A stretch of DNA of 62,839 bases, counting the filler, from Collodictyon triciliatum (taxonomy: Eukaryota): assembly GCA_043381765.1 (NCBI GenBank). It is 4 parts of 4 records of this genome, joined end to end, with 100 filler letters (N's around TTAATTAATTAA, not from the genome) between each part and the next. Parts side by side here need not be neighbours in the genome. Positions count along the whole stretch, not along the records: positions 51,031 to 62,839 come from JBHJMP010001023.1; 3 more parts are not named here. One strand, 5' to 3'. The translations under genes were made by a program, and so were the position numbers. Position 1 is the first letter of the stretch, and every line of letters begins with the position of its first letter. The notes under the pieces are model-generated. The model saw nothing but the letters and a program-made list of their open reading frames with translations. It did not search any database and was not told the origin of the DNA. Positions 58,152 to 62,839 of the stretch are shown piece by piece.

Positions 58152-59644
58152 TTATTTTCTTCCTTGGCCTAGCCGCAGGGTTTCTGCAGTAACAAGCCAA
58201 TAAACAAGATGCTGGCTCATAACATGGTCGTGGTTTGGGTAGAGAACTACCAAAAGGGCATGCATATCATGTGAAAGCGTGTGAGGTGTAGTATCCGAGA
58301 GCTGGGAGTGTTCGCTCTTCCTAACTTGCTCCAATACATACCGCCGAATATCATTTAGATTCATGGAATCTGTGCTCCCTGTTTGTGATGACCTTGAAAG
58401 CCTTGCATAATGCCCGACCCATTTGCGGAGAAGCTTATCCAAGTGATGAACGAGTGATTGACGGTTGGCATCTGCGCTGAGTTGCTGTTGCTATTTATTA
58501 ATGGGTATGTGTGACAGTTATCAAAATTTAGCTATCAAATTATTTTCTCATATGATATAATCTATAGACAGCTTTATATTCATGTGCACAAAAAAAAATG
58601 TGGTTATACCTTTGAAACCTCTTTCATGTGGGTGTAGAATACATCCTTGGCAAGAGGCATCTGAACCCAATTTAATACACTGTCGCATATATCCTTGACA
58701 TTAATGTTTTTACTTTACGGACACATAAAAAAATATCATCGTTAGTTCCCAATCTAGAAACGAGGATTTATTCTCATATTATCTGCGCCCCTGTACACTA
58801 TATAATGTAGTTATTCGACCAGATACAACTCATACCTTTCGCTCGTATCTACAGATATAGTGTTTGATTCCCATAGGTTATTTGCTGTGTCTGGCCATTC
58901 AAATTCATCTCGCATAGATACAATAACAGAAACTGGTATCCTCTCCTTCAAAGGTCTTCTTTCATTCCTGGCCAATAACTCATCCCATTTGCAAGTAACC
59001 ACAATTTGCCCATATATTGCTTCTCCTACAATCACCAAGAGAAAATAAAAAAAAAAAAGAAATCTTCAGGGGATGAACCAAAAAAAAAAAAGAGGCACCA
59101 GCAAAAGGATGTCACTCGAGCGGGGCGTGGCCCGTTCATCCTAGATATATATGATGTTGCCTTGGTTGTAAGAAGCCCTTTTCCAGCAGGCTGTTTAGAG
59201 GGATAAAAAAAAAATTAAGAAAAAAATATAAAGCATTGAATACAAACGAGAGTGACACAGACGAGCCCATTCATGCCGACGGTCTTTGCGATGGTGGTTG
59301 TCGTCTATCACCAGCAATCTACCTTCTCGACCCCCATCGAAATCGGACTCCTGGCATTTTGCAGCTGAACCGAAGCATTCCAACCAACCAACAGCTTCAA
59401 GAAAGGCCTCTTCCTGAGCCTGCCTCCACACGCTGCGATCGAATGAGCCATGATCACAGGCAGTATTCGCCGTCGAAGGCGCTGCGAGTTGGGCGTTTTG
59501 CGTTCGAATGCGTTCGTACACCGCATCGATCGAGATCACATCCACCAACACCCCGCTGTCTTGTGCGAGCTTCGCCACAGTTTGCGCCAATGTCGTCTTG
59601 CCACACGCAGGGAGGCCGACAAAGAGTAACAGACACACTCCCAT
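58152..59644 (-). CDS. PSTK: L-seryl-tRNA(Sec) kinase (PSTK; KTI12/PSTK P-loop family)
   Basis: LLFVGLPACGKTT; LLVIDDN; LARNERR..IPVSVIVSMRDEFEWPD..NLWESNT; C-terminal NRQSLVHHLDKLLRKWV. Confidence 0.75.
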
Positions 59645-60052
59645 CCAACGGCTTGAGGTGTAGAAGTAGATTTGTTTGAATTTGATGGGTTTCGCGGCAA
59701 ATTTACAGTGAATATTTTAAAAATATTAATTTTCCAGAATTGGGTGAAACATTCTCTGGCGAAGAATCCAGGGCGGGTTGGAATATTCGATCCGCTTTTG
59801 ATCCTCTTGCAAGCGCTGTTGGCCGGTGCCAGGTGGTGATAGCCAGCGCGCGGGTTGAGGGAAACCCCACTGCTTCGCTTCCGAGCGCCTTGCGAATCAT
59901 CATGTTTTGGAAGTGAGAGCAGCTTTAGTTTGTCTAAGGAGAGGCGCCGAAAAAAAATGGTATAAAGCAGAAAGCTGAAATGATGGTTCTCAATTAACTA
60001 GCAGGTTCGAAAAAGAAAAACAGAAAAACCAGAAAGAAAACTAGCAAGAAAG

Positions 60053-60664
60053 ATGTCTTCACCCAAGCCTGGATCGGCAGCAAGTACGAACGCCCCAGCG
60101 GCCAAGAAGGAAGAGTTCCAGAACCTTGAGGAAGACGACGACTTTGAAGAATTTGAAGAAGGTTTTTTTTTCTTGCCCTTTTTGTTCAGTTCATCTCTGC
60201 TCTCCCTATGGGTAAGGTAGCTTGATCTGCCCAAGCTGTATAGTGGCCTATTACTCCTTCTTCCAGTCCCTTACTACACACACCAGGAAGGAAGGAAGGA
60301 AGGATATTCATTTATCTTATCCAAAGATTGGGATCCTCAGCCTGAAACTGCAGTCGACACCAACCTATGGAAGGATGACTGGAACGACGATCCTGTGGAC
60401 GACACCTTCGCCAAGCAACTCCGGGTATGCATGCAGCTATGCAAGGCCTTTTGATGTTTATGTATCGATAGTGGAATATATATGGCCTATTTCTCATACA
60501 GTCCAACACAACAAAACCAATGCAATAATCGACTTATTTTTACTCTGAAGTGACAAACTGTGGCTATAAACGCAGTGCTTCGCAAGCCTGAAACATGATT
60601 TCCATCACTCACGTTTTTTTAGGAGGAGATTGAAAAAGCACGCCCACAAAGCGGAAAGCATTAA
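60053..60664 (+). CDS. SEM1: SEM1/DSS1 26S proteasome lid subunit, 3 exons
   Basis: LEEDDDFEEFEE|DW..LWKDDWNDDPVDDTFAKQLR|EEIEK. Confidence 0.93.
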
Positions 60665-61660
60665 GATCAGTTCTGACCTGCTACGCACTCGTGTGTTGAT
60701 TGCTCGCGTGAAAATAAACACCGATTTCATAATATTGTGGACGAGTTTTTTTTTCTTTATTCCTTCTATATAGCCTACTCGATAATATTTTTCTTTCCCT
60801 TGAAAATTTCTATTTAGGTTGATACAAAAACATTCATACGTTATTCTTCAACTATCAGTGCATTGCGCTATCTTCACTTTATCTGAACCATGACCCTATC
60901 TTCCTTGATCGATCGGAACATATCATTGGAAGACGTTTTGAGTTTGTTAGCCGAGAAGGATACTGGTGTGAAATTGTATAAAAAAATCTCCTAGCGATAG
61001 GTTTCTCTGTTGTAAGAATAAATATGTAGTATTCGCCCACGAGAGGGATAGTGATGACTCTTTCTTGATCCTTATGTTTGTATCACTTTCTATTGAAAAC
61101 AACCAAGTAATGAATCACTGTTGTTCACAACACATATAGCGACCGTGCAGCCCGGCAGCTCTCTGAGTTGATTTCTCTTTAGTTTGGGATATTGCTCCTT
61201 TACTAAATTAAGTCACATAGTTGTTTCTGGTCAAAGCCATTTCCATCACCACTCTATTTCATTATCGATGGACACAATGGAGCAAACGGAAGCCTGTTAA
61301 TTCGAAGACTGGTGGATGGAGCTTTTATTGATGGGGTAGTGCTGATGCAAAAAAAAAAAATGGGTGTTAAGAGAGCTTCTAAATCATGACATATGAGGAA
61401 AACACATGTGGAATATATTTATATTTGGAATTGCGATATTTTTTTGTTCATTTCCTGCACAGCAAGCCAAGATTCCCTCCTATTCGAATCGGGATGCTAA
61501 GAGCGGGCAGCGAAGAAAGAGTTTGTATACACAGACCACGCGGACTGGCGATACTACTTGCCTGACGCACATAATCGAAGCAGAGAATATGTTTGTTAAT
61601 AAAGTGCTGCGAAAGTAAAAGGATTGAGGATATGTGTATGTGTGAAACAGGAAGCAGCAA

Positions 61661-62569
61661 ATGGCAACCACGGAGGAAAAGCTGATCAAGTCCGAGGAAC
61701 GCATCGGTGCTGTAGAGGAAACGCTGGCCAAGCTTGCACAAAGCATCGCAGGTGAATTACCTCGGCCACAGTGTAATTAAATGCACTTATGGAGTTGCTT
61801 CGCAAAAAAGAAAAAAGAAAAAAAAGAAAAAAAGAAAAAAAGAAAAAAAGAAAAAAAGAAAAAAAGAAAAAAGAAAAAAAGAAAAAAAAGAAAAAAACCT
61901 GCTCATGAATTCACAAGTAAACATAGTCAAGACCCTTCTTAAAGCCCGAAGACACACCCGGCCTACCCACCTAGTTTCAGATACTCATTCTGCTGGAACA
62001 AAACATGCGACTAGAGGCACCAACCACAAATGGGGGAGACTCGGCTGCGCTTCGTGAATACCAGCTGAGGATGTTGAACGAACTTCGAGTGTTGCGAGTC
62101 TCTCTTGGTGCTGCGAGACGAGAGCAGGATCAGCTGCAGAAGGAGCGCGATGAGGTAAATGACACAACAGTTTCACCCCTCTCCTTTATGTCTTTTTGTA
62201 AAGGTAACAATATCGTATTTGTTTCTTTTTTTCTTTTATGGCTATGCATCAATACTATTTTTTTTTTTTTGCCTGGTTGGATTATATTGCCATTTCCAAA
62301 TAAGATGGCCAGTTGCACTCTGTTCCTTTTCCCCTTTTCATCCTCTTAATTCCGATCTTACTCGCTCATATGATTACTGTATATTGTCAATTGGTTCTTG
62401 GGATAAAAACATATGGATTTCCTCTGGATTATGGGTGTTGAACTGCCGTGATTCTTAGGCTGTCACCGAAGTGAAACAGCTGCGCACAGACAAAGCAAAG
62501 TTAGAGTACCGCGTAAAGCATCTGATTCGCTCATTGGAGGACGAAGAGACCAAGAATTCGTCCAAATAA
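61661..62569 (+). CDS. Small coiled-coil protein with a KLxYRxxHL motif, 3 exons
   Basis: MATTEEKLIKSEERIGAVEETLAKL..|..LREYQLRMLNELRVLR..|..LRTDKAKLEYRVKHLIRSLEDEE; GT-AG introns keep the frame. Confidence 0.7.
61803..61897. repeat. A6-7G repeat, intronic
   Basis: Read directly. Confidence 0.9.
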
Positions 62570-62839
62570 TAAGAGGAGGAATATCAGGATATCGTGAAAT
62601 GTGAACCGATAAAGAGAATTGAAAGAAAAAGGAAAATGAAAATTAGCCCTATGATATTTTGAAATGTTTCTTTTATGTTATGGAGACAGCATGGTGAAAT
62701 ATTATACCAGAATATTGGAACAGAACAAAGCAAAGGTGATTTTTTTTTTTTCCTTTATTCGATTCAAAGTGTAGCGAGGTTATGCCATACAAAGGGGCGG
62801 GATGGGAGCGCATGGGAGAGAGCAAACGCGAGTAGGAGA

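Overview
This is eukaryotic nuclear DNA. It is AT-rich and gene-dense, with many short (~80-300 nt) GT-AG introns and standard-code exons. It is probably from a protist or early-branching opisthokont/amoebozoan, but the taxon cannot be fixed from the sequence. Most ORF-track entries are exon fragments, antisense shadows or translated microsatellites. Genes reconstructed by eye, in order: the 3' end of a coiled-coil gene; a Q/Y-rich protein with Jupiter/HN1/SPIRAL1-type PPGGxS motifs; two head-to-head ABCG half-transporters with Cys-rich N-terminal ectodomains; RAD9; NOP14 (5' part lost in a gap); a P2C (Na/K-like) P-type ATPase with an altered ion-binding site; an NDT-type mitochondrial carrier; a GC-rich island with a TRIM-like RING protein and an intronless GNAT; an LRR/coiled-coil gene; an intronless ABM-like gene; a PAK/STE20 kinase with a degenerate CRIB; a RhoGAP; an apparent BAR + inositol 5-phosphatase + C2-like fusion; a divergent ARFRP1-like GTPase; PSTK; SEM1/DSS1; and a small coiled-coil protein. 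Three 100-nt N44-TTAATTAATTAA-N44 spacers are artificial contig joins, so adjacency across them is unproven. The strongest novelty candidate is the BAR-5-phosphatase fusion. All exon boundaries were read manually, and no database search was run.
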